NCBI GenBank assembly: GCA_964248365.1
Contig: CAXTYC010000008.1
Location: 64,001-128,000, forward strand
Length of the DNA: 64,000 bases
Source: an uncultured Chroococcidiopsis sp.
Lineage (GTDB): Bacteria > Cyanobacteriota > Cyanobacteriia > Cyanobacteriales > Chroococcidiopsidaceae
Direction: 5' to 3'
A program made the position numbers and the translations under genes. Shown here one piece after another: positions 41,597-51,580 of this stretch. Positions within the stretch are counted from its first letter, which is position 1. Each line of letters begins with the position of its first letter. The notes beneath the pieces are model-generated. The model had not been told where the DNA came from. It ran no database searches and saw only the letters and a program-made list of their open reading frames with translations.

Positions 41597-43267
41597 ATGG
41601 CTGCTATTGAATTCGATTTGTTTGCTCCTAACAACAAAGCTGCTACGTTAATTGGCTCTTTTTCTGAAGGTCAAGAAATTCCAATGGAAAAAGGTGAAGA
41701 TGGTTATTTTCGGACAAAAGTATCGTTAGAAGATGGGGTATATCAATATAAATTTCGCATTCAAACCAAAAGTCCAAATTTTGAATCAGACCAATGGGTG
41801 GATGTAGTCGATCCTTACGCTACAGATGTTGATGACGAGAAGCAGATCGGTATAGTACGAGTTAAAGATGGTAAAAAAGTTGTTGATGCTTATGTTTGGC
41901 AACATGACGATACACCGTTGCCACAAAATCATGAATTAGTAATATATGAAATGCACGTTGCAGATTTTACTGGTGGGGAAGTCGATCAGTACAGACGAGG
42001 AAAATATGTAGATGCAATAGAAAAGTTAGATTATTTGAAGGAATTGGGAATTAATGCGATCGAGTTGATGCCAGTTAATGAATATCCTGGTGATTATAGT
42101 TGGGGATATAAAGTACGACACTTTTTTGCCACAGAATCCAGCTATGGTTCAACAGAAGATTTGAAGCGGTTTATTGACGAGTGTCATGGTAGAGGCATTC
42201 GCGTCATCATAGACGGAATTTATAATCACACTGATGAAGAATGCCCGTTAATGTTGATTGACCGAAATTACTGGTATTACAAGTATATGCACTATCCCGA
42301 AGATCCCCAGAACTACTGGGGACCAGAGTTTAATTACGATAATTATGATGAAAAATTAGATGTTAAGCCAGCGTGGAAATATGTTGGAGATGTGGTAAAA
42401 TATTGGGTGGAAGAGTTTCATATTGATGGTATTCGCTTTGATGCAGTGCGCCAATTAGCGAATGATGAATTTCTAGAGTGGGTTGCCCAACAAGCGAAAA
42501 AAAATACTGCACCTAAACCGTTTTACAACATTGCCGAACATATTCCAGATACAAGCAAAATTACGGCTCCAGAAGGACCATTGGATGCTTGCTGGCATGA
42601 AAGTTTTCGCTACTTTGTAGTTCCCCATATTTGTGGGGAAACATTTGAATTAGAAAGACTTAAGGAGGTTTTAGATCCTAAACGGCAAGGGTATGCAACT
42701 GCTATAAATGTAGTAAATTATTTGTCAACTCACGATCGCGAACACTTGTTTAGAGAGTTAGGTGATCGCGGCATTTTTGGCGAAGCAGCATTTCGACGCG
42801 CCAAGTTAGCAGCTGTTATGTTAATGACAGCTATGGGTGTACCGATGCTGTGGATGGGAGAAGAGTTTGGCGAACACAAGCGTAAAAGTGAAACCGTAAC
42901 TCAGCCCAAGAAAATAGCATGGGCTTTGTTGGAAAGACCAGAAAATCATGATTTATTTGAGCATTACAAAAGCTTGATCGCCCTACGTAAAAAATCTCCC
43001 GCGCTGCAAAGCGACAACATTGAGTTTTTTCACGAAAATCCAAATAACAAAGTGTTTGCCTTCGTGCGCTGGAACGATATGGGCGATCGCGTTGTTGTCA
43101 TTGCCAATTTCTTCGCTCAAACCCTGAATGGCTATCAAGTTCCTCACTTTCCAGCTGCTGGTAAATGGCTTGATTGGCTGAGTAAATCCGAAATCGAGGC
43201 AACACAAGATAGACTAGCGATCGACCTACCAGAGTATGAAGCCAAGGTATTAGTTTACATAGCTTAG
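41597..43267 (+). CDS. GH13 alpha-amylase family glycoside hydrolase with CBM48, paralog 2
   Basis: IYEMHVADF, DGIRFDAV, IAEH, THD; colinear with 33851..35503. Confidence 0.92.
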   Translation: MAAIEFDLFAPNNKAATLIGSFSEGQEIPMEKGEDGYFRTKVSLEDGVYQYKFRIQTKSPNFESDQWVDVVDPYATDVDDEKQIGIVRVKDGKKVVDAYVWQHDDTPLPQNHELVIYEMHVADFTGGEVDQYRRGKYVDAIEKLDYLKELGINAIELMPVNEYPGDYSWGYKVRHFFATESSYGSTEDLKRFIDECHGRGIRVIIDGIYNHTDEECPLMLIDRNYWYYKYMHYPEDPQNYWGPEFNYDNYDEKLDVKPAWKYVGDVVKYWVEEFHIDGIRFDAVRQLANDEFLEWVAQQAKKNTAPKPFYNIAEHIPDTSKITAPEGPLDACWHESFRYFVVPHICGETFELERLKEVLDPKRQGYATAINVVNYLSTHDREHLFRELGDRGIFGEAAFRRAKLAAVMLMTAMGVPMLWMGEEFGEHKRKSETVTQPKKIAWALLERPENHDLFEHYKSLIALRKKSPALQSDNIEFFHENPNNKVFAFVRWNDMGDRVVVIANFFAQTLNGYQVPHFPAAGKWLDWLSKSEIEATQDRLAIDLPEYEAKVLVYIA

Positions 43268-43427
43268 GGGCTAGAGGCGAGAGGCTAGAATTACTCCCCC
43301 TCTCCCCCTTGCCCCCTTATCCCCAGAGGGGAAGATCGAGTTCCTCCTCTCCCACTCCTCCCCTCCCCCAAACAGGCTGTGATAGAATGAAAAACTGCTG
43401 CATTTTAGAGAAAAAATAGAGTAAATC

Positions 43428-43697
43428 ATGGCACTGACGCAACAGCGCAAACAAGAGCTAATTTCTGAATACCAAGTTCACGATACCGATACAGGCTCCT
43501 CAGAAGTCCAAATCGCCATGCTCACCGAGCGGATCAATCGGCTGAGCGAACACCTCAGAGGCAATCAAAAAGACTTTTCTTCTCGGCGCGGATTGTTGAA
43601 GCTGATTGGTCAACGCAAGCGCCTTTTATCCTATGTTCAGAAAGAAGACAGACAAAAGTATCAAGCTTTAATAACTCGATTGGGCATTCGAGGCTAG
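43428..43697 (+). CDS. rpsO: 30S ribosomal protein S15
   Basis: [13 protein letters not shown]...[16 protein letters not shown]. Confidence 0.98.
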   Translation: MALTQQRKQELISEYQVHDTDTGSSEVQIAMLTERINRLSEHLRGNQKDFSSRRGLLKLIGQRKRLLSYVQKEDRQKYQALITRLGIRG

Positions 43698-43711
43698 GGA
43701 GTATCAAGTTT

Positions 43712-44209
43712 ATGGCATCTGAATCAGAACCGAATCGATTGCCGTTTGAACCAGCCAAAAAGCGTAAAAAACCAGCAGCAAAAACAAAAACGAACGCTCC
43801 ACCTGAAGCTGTCAAAAAGCCAGAAAAAGCATCTGCTGCAAAAGAGACTAAACAGCCCCAGCAGGTGAGACGATATACTAAAGAAGAAATGGCTATTCCC
43901 AAAGTTGTGAGCGATCGCATGGCGCGGCGGGCAGCTTTGTTTAGTGGAACACCAACATTTTTGGGCGTAGCTACATTTTTTGTCAGCTATTTCATTGTTA
44001 GTCATGGCTGGGTTAAACTACCCAACGTTGCCGTCTTGCTAGTGAGCATGGGCTTTTTTGGCTTGGGTGTGTTGGGTTTAAGCTATGGTATACTCTCAGC
44101 TTCCTGGGATGAAGACAGACTAGGAACTAAGATAGGCTGGCAAGACTTTAAAGTGAACTGGGGAAGGATGGTATCAACTTGGCGCTCAACGAGACAAAAA
44201 AATGTCTAA
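43712..44209 (+). CDS. pam68: PAM68 family PSII assembly protein
   Basis: IPKVVSDRMARR, LSYGILSASWD; located after rpsO. Confidence 0.92.
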   Translation: MASESEPNRLPFEPAKKRKKPAAKTKTNAPPEAVKKPEKASAAKETKQPQQVRRYTKEEMAIPKVVSDRMARRAALFSGTPTFLGVATFFVSYFIVSHGWVKLPNVAVLLVSMGFFGLGVLGLSYGILSASWDEDRLGTKIGWQDFKVNWGRMVSTWRSTRQKNV

Positions 44210-44554
44210 CTGAGCTATCAGCTAGATAAGGTGCGTTCGCTTGGAACTGTTGTACTTTAAAAAAAATAGATTCTTTGCCTAACGCACCCAACCTACTGAT
44301 AAAAATTTATAATTAAAACTTACTTAAATTAAATACATAATAAACAACAGCAAAGTATTTCAAAGCTATATTAAAAAATAGTGTTTATTGATTATTTTTA
44401 ATGTCAAGACATTATTGAAATCTTGGTAGCTAATTAACGGGTGTGCCTCGTTCTAGTTCCTACGCTCTCGTCTGGAAACTAGATCTATGAGGTTCTATCT
44501 CCCCAAACGCAAAATGTCACATTAAAAATAAATTAATTGAGCGAGGAATTTAAC

Positions 44555-45613
44555 ATGATTATTGTCATGAAAATTGGTTCGCCAGAAGCGGAAATCACCC
44601 GCATCAGCGAGGAAATGCTTACTCGTGGGCTAACTCCAGAAAAAATTGTTGGGAAGCACAAAGTAGTATTGGGTCTAGTGGGGGAAACAGCGGCATTAGA
44701 TCCATTACAAATTCAGGAAATAAGCCCTTGGATTGAACAAGTGCTGCGTGTGGAGCAGCCGTTTAAGCGAGCTAGTTTGGAGTTCCGTCACGGACAAGCC
44801 AGTGAGGTGGTGGTAGGAACTCCTAACGGGCAAGTTCATATCGGTCAAAACTATCCTGTTGTAGTGGTAGCAGGTCCTTGCTCAGTAGAAAACGAACAAA
44901 TGATAGTCAAGACAGCGCAGCTTGTCAAGGCAGCAGGGGCGCAATTATTGCGGGGTGGAGCATACAAACCTCGTACTTCGCCCTATGCCTTCCAAGGACA
45001 TGGTGAAAGCGCCCTGGGTTTACTAGCAGCAGCACGGGAAGCAACTGGACTGGGTATTGTCACAGAAGTGATGGATACAGCAGATTTGGACAAGATAGCC
45101 GAAGTAGCAGATCTAGTCCAGGTTGGCGCTCGGAATATGCAGAATTTTTCCCTGTTGAAAAAAGTTGGAGCGCAACCAAAGCCAGTGTTATTGAAGCGGG
45201 GAATGTCGGCAACGATTGAAGAATGGCTGATGGCAGCAGAATATATTATGGCAGCTGGCAATCCCAATGTGATTTTGTGTGAACGGGGAATTCGCACGTT
45301 TGACCGCCAGTATGCACGTAATACCCTGGACTTGTCAGTATTACCAGTGTTGCGAAGTCTTACTCACCTACCAATAATGATCGATCCTAGTCATGGTACA
45401 GGTAAAGCAGAGTATGTACCATCGATGGCAATGGCAGCGATCGCAGGTGGTACAGATTCTCTAATGATTGAAGTTCACCCCAACCCTGCCAAAGCTTTAT
45501 CAGATGGTGCGCAGTCACTGACACCGGAGCGTTTCGACCGCTTGATGCAAGAACTAGCAGTAATTGGTAAGGCAGTTGGACGCTGGACACAGCCAACTGC
45601 GGTTCGTTGTTAG
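44555..45613 (+). CDS. aroF: 3-deoxy-7-phosphoheptulonate (DAHP) synthase, type I-beta
   Basis: AGPCSVE, RGGAYKPRTSPY, VGARNMQN, DPSHGTG. Confidence 0.95.
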   Translation: MIIVMKIGSPEAEITRISEEMLTRGLTPEKIVGKHKVVLGLVGETAALDPLQIQEISPWIEQVLRVEQPFKRASLEFRHGQASEVVVGTPNGQVHIGQNYPVVVVAGPCSVENEQMIVKTAQLVKAAGAQLLRGGAYKPRTSPYAFQGHGESALGLLAAAREATGLGIVTEVMDTADLDKIAEVADLVQVGARNMQNFSLLKKVGAQPKPVLLKRGMSATIEEWLMAAEYIMAAGNPNVILCERGIRTFDRQYARNTLDLSVLPVLRSLTHLPIMIDPSHGTGKAEYVPSMAMAAIAGGTDSLMIEVHPNPAKALSDGAQSLTPERFDRLMQELAVIGKAVGRWTQPTAVRC

Positions 45614-45664
45614 CTATTATTAGCTGTTAGGTGGGCATTGCCCACCCTACTTAATTAATCGCTC

Positions 45665-46564
45665 CTAACGTCTTCGACTACCGAAACCACCAGACGAGCG
45701 ACTTCTGCTACCTCCAAACGATCGCCCACTACCAAAACTACCAGATGATGGTTGTCTGAAGGTGGAATTTGACCTACCAGAAGGACGTAAGGTACTGCCA
45801 CCAAAGCCCGAACCAGTAGCACGGCTACCTGTGTTAATACGGGGGGTATTTATTCCCGCAGAAGGCGTTCTGATTCGTCCAGTTGTACGGAAAGTCTGCC
45901 GATTTCTGACAGCCGCAGGTGGAGCATTATAACGTGTGCGGTAGCGATCGACTGCTTGACCGTAAGTGCTGCCATAGCCGCCATAACCAGTTATTACCGA
46001 AGCTCCTGGCTGATAAACAGGTGGTACATAGTACTGGGGTCTAAACAAGAGGCTTCCTATAGCTTGACCTGCTATGCCGCCTGCTACAGCTCCAGCAAAC
46101 GGAGCCCAGAAACCATTTTCTCGCCGCACTACGACAGTTTCTTGCTGTCCGGTTTGGGGGTTGGTTTGTGTCTGGGTAACGTTATGAACGTACTCAATTT
46201 TGAAATCTTCCGTTAGATATAAAGCTGGTTGTCCGTTTTCAACCTTTAGATAGGTTTTTTGACCATTCTTAATTTCTTCATCGGTCAGCCGAGCCATCTG
46301 TAAATTTTCGGTGCGAAAAACGGGAGGTGTACCAGATGGTGTATTCAGTAAAACTAGGCTGTACTCTCCAGTACCATCGTCATATTCGACTTGTTGCACT
46401 GGATATTTACCATCGCTGATCCTAGTAGGAGCAGCAGGTGTATTTGCATTCCTTGCTGCACTTGTATTCCTAGCCTGGGGAGTAGTTTGATTGGGTCCTC
46501 CACAGGCTACAGTTGTCCAGCACAAAGTTAAGGTTAAAAACAGAATTGTGAGTTTACGCAACAT
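45665..46564 (-). CDS. Hypothetical lipoprotein with Arg/Gly/Ser-rich C-terminal tail
   Basis: Lipobox VAC; ends SSGGFGSRRR. Confidence 0.8.
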   Translation of the reverse strand: MLRKLTILFLTLTLCWTTVACGGPNQTTPQARNTSAARNANTPAAPTRISDGKYPVQQVEYDDGTGEYSLVLLNTPSGTPPVFRTENLQMARLTDEEIKNGQKTYLKVENGQPALYLTEDFKIEYVHNVTQTQTNPQTGQQETVVVRRENGFWAPFAGAVAGGIAGQAIGSLLFRPQYYVPPVYQPGASVITGYGGYGSTYGQAVDRYRTRYNAPPAAVRNRQTFRTTGRIRTPSAGINTPRINTGSRATGSGFGGSTLRPSGRSNSTFRQPSSGSFGSGRSFGGSRSRSSGGFGSRRR

Positions 46565-46751
46565 GAAGGTATAGATCGTTAATTCAGCTTTCACTCTACC
46601 TTTAGTGTAAGCAGATACAAGCAATGATTGCTGACTACATCAACCAGGGGCTAGGGGCTAGTGTTGAGGACAACAAGGGCAAGGGGACAAGGGGGAATTA
46701 AATATTCTGTCTTCTGTCTTCTGTCTCCTGACTTCTGACCTGAAGCGTGGG

Positions 46752-47348
46752 TTACAAAGGCACTAATTCGGGAAAATTTTGCAACAGTTGGTCGTTGGTG
46801 AGTTCGTCACCCAGTTGAGCGGGAGAGAAATGCACTTGGATTGCCCGTAGCCGTTCTTGGTAGTGTAGGTTAATCAAAGCTTTCAAACCAGCTTTCAAGG
46901 CACTGATATCCGCTAGATTTGTTTCTAATTGTGGGGCTTCTCCCTCAAAAGCCACCGTAATCATGACAACTAAGTTACGTGTCACTGGCAAGGAAAGAGG
47001 ATCATCCGCCCTACCTATGGGAGCATTTAAATCAGGTTCACTTAAGTAGCGTTGGGCTGAGTCGGTAAATAATTCATTGACATAATCTCCTGCTGCACCT
47101 TCATCCCAAAATACATCCCCTTCATTAGCAGCAGAAAGCCAGTATTCATCATATTGTAGCAGACTTTGGCAGATTTCGACTAGTCCTTCTCCCAAAATTT
47201 CTAAATCCCCATCAGCATCAATAGCTTGTCGAGCTGTACGATTGAGAACTCCCAATAGTGGTGCTACCTCTTGTCCTGCAAGATGGAGAAACAGACGACA
47301 GACTACAAAGCGAGTGCGTCCTGTCATGCGATTGAGCCATGAACTCAT
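46752..47348 (-). CDS. DUF1517 domain protein
   Basis: VCRLFLHL...ALINL...AIQVHFSP...DELTNDQLLQNFPELVPL. Confidence 0.8.
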   Translation of the reverse strand: MSSWLNRMTGRTRFVVCRLFLHLAGQEVAPLLGVLNRTARQAIDADGDLEILGEGLVEICQSLLQYDEYWLSAANEGDVFWDEGAAGDYVNELFTDSAQRYLSEPDLNAPIGRADDPLSLPVTRNLVVMITVAFEGEAPQLETNLADISALKAGLKALINLHYQERLRAIQVHFSPAQLGDELTNDQLLQNFPELVPL

Positions 47349-47492
47349 GGTTATTCCTCTCTAGAGCTACATTGCCTTCATACCAAATTTATCGCCCAAA
47401 CTCTAAATATTTAAGTTTATGTTTAGGTAGAAATTATTAAAACAGTGACCAGGGGTAACTGGTAGTTGGTAGTTGGTAGTTGGTAAAAGCAA

Positions 47493-48335
47493 ATGAATAT
47501 TGGTATTGTTGGACTAGGACTGATTGGCGGCTCGTTGGGTTTAGACTTAAGAGCGCAAGGATACAAGGTTTTTGGAGTTAGTCGGCGCGAATCAACTTGT
47601 GATAGGGCGAAAGATCTTGGTGCTGTAGATGATGCTAGTGTTGATCTGGCAAGTCTCAAAGCTACCTCAGTAGTATTTATTTGCACCCAGTTAGCTGCAA
47701 TTCGCTCGACAGTAGAGCAATTAATTCCCCATCTTGCTCCTGCTACAGTTTTAACTGATGTGGGTTCAGTCAAAGCAGCAGTAGTAGAAGAGATAACTTC
47801 TTTGTGGGCTAATTTTGTGGGCGGACATCCAATGGCTGGTAAAGCAGATAGTGGGATTGAAGTTGCTCAATTAAAATTATTTGCCAACAAACCTTATGTG
47901 TTAACACCAATAGCAACTACCCCACCATCCGCCCTCGAAACTGTAGAAAAAATTGCGCGAACTCTAGGAGCTAATATCTACTATTGTCAACCAGAAGAAC
48001 ATGACCGAGCAGTCAGTTGGATTTCTCATTTACCAGTTATGATTAGTTCTAGCTTGATTGCTGCTTGTATGAGTGATAACTCGGATGTTGTGAAATTAGC
48101 ACAGCAATTGGCAAGTTCTGGATTTCGAGATACAAGCCGTGTAGGTGGCGGTAATCCTGAATTGGGCGTAATGATGGCACAATATAATCGACAGGAATTG
48201 CTGCGAAGTCTTCTACAATATCAGCAGCAATTGGAAGTTTTAACTAATTTAATTGAACAAGAAGATTGGCTTGCTCTAGAGCAACATTTAAAATTTACCC
48301 AGTCAGCAAGACCTGAATTTATTCATGAGTTGTAG
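47493..48335 (+). CDS. tyrA: Prephenate/arogenate dehydrogenase
   Basis: GLGLIGGS, DVGSVK, GGHPMAG, ISHLP, GFRDTSRV. Confidence 0.95.
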   Translation: MNIGIVGLGLIGGSLGLDLRAQGYKVFGVSRRESTCDRAKDLGAVDDASVDLASLKATSVVFICTQLAAIRSTVEQLIPHLAPATVLTDVGSVKAAVVEEITSLWANFVGGHPMAGKADSGIEVAQLKLFANKPYVLTPIATTPPSALETVEKIARTLGANIYYCQPEEHDRAVSWISHLPVMISSSLIAACMSDNSDVVKLAQQLASSGFRDTSRVGGGNPELGVMMAQYNRQELLRSLLQYQQQLEVLTNLIEQEDWLALEQHLKFTQSARPEFIHEL

Positions 48336-48498
48336 GGTGGGTATGGGTGGCATACTTAATAAAAACCCTCCCAATATATAAAGGGAGGGCAGAGAAATTG
48401 AAATCAGGTGTGAGGCACAAACTAATTGTCTGTTAATAAATAGCTTAATGGGTGAATGTGACAGCAAAATGACAATCAAATGTCGATTGTGTCATAAT

Positions 48499-48833
48499 TT
48501 AAATTGGTAAACGATTAATATCTTTGTTGCAGCCCATTACCAGCATAGCTGAACCTTTTTCTTGGCGCTTTCTGGGGTCAGGATTAATTTCAAACTTGCG
48601 ATCGTGACTCACCGCCTGCAAGTTCAAACCATAGCGATTACGCAGTTGCACACTGATAGTTTTGCCGTGAAATTCGTCTGGGACAATGATTTCGACAATT
48701 CTATGATCTGGGTCGAGGTCAAATCGATCTAGGATAGATGGCTTGGTGAGCGATCGCGCTAGCGCACAACCCGCCTCATACTCTGGAAAAACAACGCGCT
48801 CGGTTCCCACTCTTGTCAACAGCTTGCAGTGGA
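48499..48833 (-). pseudogene. ktrA: KtrA/TrkA C-terminal fragment
   Basis: HCKLLTRVGTERVVFPEYEAG plus RCK_C-like tail; NAD-binding N-terminus missing. Confidence 0.8.
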
Positions 48834-49157
48834 ATGGTTAATAGTAATAATGTGGTAATTGTAGCTACTTTAAAATCGAGAGAAAATCCCATCCATTGTG
48901 GTTTTTTTGTAGGCGATCGCGTCCCCAAAGGTACATTTCCAAAATTACCTGCTCCCCAATTACCCCAAATATAATTAAAAGAGTTACTACAAGATTTAAT
49001 AATATTGATGTTGACTAGCCAATCAAGCCATCTTTAAACAGACTAAAACCAGCATTATTCCATGAATTAATACTGGGATTTGTTAACCAAAGTCCTTGTT
49101 GTAAGCCATACTTGGGTGCGAAAACTAGTATAAGTAAGAAAATACCTGTAATTTAAA
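48834..49157 (-). pseudogene. ktrB: KtrB/TrkH internal fragment with stops and a frameshift
   Basis: Manual translation F*ITGIFLL...QGLWL..SINSWNNAGFSLFKDGLIG*...LIIFGVIGEQVILEMYLW / FSLDFKVATITTLLLL. Confidence 0.8.
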
Positions 49158-49244
49158 AAAAATTTTCTCTCCCTTTGCTCCCCCATATCCCCTTTGCTCC
49201 CAATGTTTGCTACGCTAATTGCGGTTTGGCTGGACAGCTGTAAC

Positions 49245-50096
49245 ATGACTACGTCACTTTACGAACGAATTGGGCAATTTTATGACTCATCCTCTGGTTT
49301 GTGGGAGCAGATCTGGGGAGAACATATGCATCATGGCTACTATGGCATAGATGGCAAAGAGAAAAAAGAGCGACGAATTGCGCAAATTGATTTAATTGAA
49401 GAACTGCTCTCGTGGGCAGAGGTACAGCAAGCACAGAATATTCTTGATGTAGGCTGTGGGATTGGTGGTAGTTCTCTTTACTTAGCCCAAAAGTTCAACG
49501 CTAAGGCGACTGGGATAACGCTCAGTCCATTTCAAGCGGCTAGGGCATCCCAACGCGCCCAAGCCGCCCAATTGAGTGCTAGAACTCAGTTTTTGGTAGC
49601 AAATGCTCAAGCTATGCCTTTTGCTGACAATAGTTTTGATTTGGTTTGGGCGCTGGAAAGTGGCGAACATATGCCGGATAAAGTTCAGTTTATGCAGGAG
49701 TGCTACCGAGTGCTCTGTCCTGGGGGAAAGTTGATTATGGTAACTTGGTGTCATCGACCTACGGATGTAGAATCTGGTGGGATGCTGACGGCTGATGAAC
49801 AAAAGCATTTGGCTGATATTTACCGAGTTTACTGTTTGCCTTATGTGATTTCTTTACCAGAATATGAGGCGATCGCAAACCTTTTATCTTTACAAAATAT
49901 TCGCACGGCTGATTGGTCAACTGCTGTTGCGCCTTTTTGGAATGTGGTGATTGATTCGGCGTTCAATTTAGAGGCGATTTTGGGTTTGATTCGTTCGGGT
50001 TGGGGAACAATTCAGGCGGCTTTGTCTCTAGGGTTGATGCGTCGGGGTTATGAACGTGGTTTAATTCGGTTTGGTTTGTTATGTGGCAATAAGTAA
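49245..50096 (+). CDS. vte4: Gamma-tocopherol methyltransferase
   Basis: FYDSSSGLWEQIWGEHMHHGYY, LDVGCGIGGS, ESGEHMPDK; next to hpt. Confidence 0.9.
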   Translation: MTTSLYERIGQFYDSSSGLWEQIWGEHMHHGYYGIDGKEKKERRIAQIDLIEELLSWAEVQQAQNILDVGCGIGGSSLYLAQKFNAKATGITLSPFQAARASQRAQAAQLSARTQFLVANAQAMPFADNSFDLVWALESGEHMPDKVQFMQECYRVLCPGGKLIMVTWCHRPTDVESGGMLTADEQKHLADIYRVYCLPYVISLPEYEAIANLLSLQNIRTADWSTAVAPFWNVVIDSAFNLEAILGLIRSGWGTIQAALSLGLMRRGYERGLIRFGLLCGNK

Positions 50097-51058
50097 TGAA
50101 ACGAACCGCAGAGGCGCAGAGGGCGCAGAGAAAAGAGGAGTTGTTATCTGGTAGTGGGGGTTTAGGAGGGTGGTTGTATGCTTTTTGGAAGTTTTCTCGC
50201 CCTCACACGATTATTGGTACTAGTTTGAGTGTGTTGGGTTTGTTTTTGATTACTTTTTCCCTCACCCCTCGCCCCTTACCCCTCGCCCCTCTTCTAGGGG
50301 CTTGGATTGCTTGTTTGTGTGGCAATGTTTATATTGTGGGGTTGAATCAGCTGGAGGATGTGGCGATTGACAGGATTAATAAGCCACATTTGCCGTTGGC
50401 TAGTGGGGAGTTTTCACGGCAAACGGGTGAAATTGTTGTTGCAGTTACGGGGATTTTGGCGCTGTTGTTGGCGTGGTTAAGTGGACCGTTTTTGTTTGGA
50501 ATGGTGGGAATTAGTTTATTGATTGGTACTGCTTATTCTTTGCCTCCAATTCGGTTGAAGCGGTTTCCTTTTTGGGCGGCGTTGTGTATTTTTTCGGTAC
50601 GTGGGGCGATTGTTAATTTAGGCTTGTTTTTGCATTTTAGTTGGGTGTGGCGGGGAAGTTTGGTGATTCCGCTCTCGGTTTGGGCTTTGACAGGGTTTAT
50701 TTTGGTGTTTACGTTTGCGATCGCTATTTTTAAGGATATTCCCGATCTGGAGGGCGATCGCTTGTATCAGATTACTACTTTTACGATTGCTTTGGGTAAA
50801 CCGCGAGTATTTAATCTCGCACGAATGGTTTTGACTGTGTGTTATTTGGGTATGGTTATTGCTGGTATCTTCTGGCTACCAGAGGTAAATTCAGTTTTTC
50901 TCGTCAGTACTCATCTGGTATTACTGGGTTTAATGTGGTGGTACAGTAGTCAGGTGGATTTAGAGGATAAGGTGGCGATCGCCTCTTTTTATCAATTTAT
51001 CTGGAAGCTGTTTTTTCTCGAATACTTAATTTTCCCCGCTGCTTGTCTATTAGCTTAA
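50096..51058 (+). CDS. hpt: Homogentisate phytyltransferase
   Basis: FSRPHTIIGT, VGLNQLEDVAIDRINKPHLPLASG, FKDIPDLEGD, YQFIWKLF. Confidence 0.94.
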   Translation: MKRTAEAQRAQRKEELLSGSGGLGGWLYAFWKFSRPHTIIGTSLSVLGLFLITFSLTPRPLPLAPLLGAWIACLCGNVYIVGLNQLEDVAIDRINKPHLPLASGEFSRQTGEIVVAVTGILALLLAWLSGPFLFGMVGISLLIGTAYSLPPIRLKRFPFWAALCIFSVRGAIVNLGLFLHFSWVWRGSLVIPLSVWALTGFILVFTFAIAIFKDIPDLEGDRLYQITTFTIALGKPRVFNLARMVLTVCYLGMVIAGIFWLPEVNSVFLVSTHLVLLGLMWWYSSQVDLEDKVAIASFYQFIWKLFFLEYLIFPAACLLA

Positions 51059-51086
51059 AACAAATCCATTCCCCGCTATCAAATTG

Positions 51087-51551
51087 ATGGAAACGCCTAA
51101 TTTTTCTCTGCTGGCTATAGCTGTTGTCGGTATTGGGTTAACTATCCTGGGTTGGTTCGTGCGTGACTCATTTATCACCTCTAATATCTACAAACAGGGA
51201 GTCAAATTATATCAGGAAAAGAATTACAAAGGTGCAGAGGTGGCTTTTCGTCAAGTAATTTCACGTCACCCTAGTAATGATGTGGTTCACTTGCTGTTGG
51301 GAGACTGTCTGATGCAGCAAGATAAGTTAGAGGATGCGACGGCTGTATTTCAAGAATTGAGCGATCGCGCACCCAAAAACGTTGATGCTCATTTAAGATT
51401 AGGGATGGCTTTGGTGAAACAAGAAAAGCTACAAGAGGCGAAAGCTCCTTTAGAAAAAGCTAGAGATTTACTTCTGGCAGGGCGTAATACTCAAAAAGCT
51501 GAATCTGTTGAACAGCTCTTACAGCAAATTAGCAAGAGGCAAATACCCTAG
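51087..51551 (+). CDS. Membrane-anchored TPR protein
   Basis: N-terminal TM helix plus about three TPR-like repeats. Confidence 0.8.
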   Translation: METPNFSLLAIAVVGIGLTILGWFVRDSFITSNIYKQGVKLYQEKNYKGAEVAFRQVISRHPSNDVVHLLLGDCLMQQDKLEDATAVFQELSDRAPKNVDAHLRLGMALVKQEKLQEAKAPLEKARDLLLAGRNTQKAESVEQLLQQISKRQIP

Positions 51552-51580
51552 AATCGATTGTGTGACCCAAAGCAACAATT

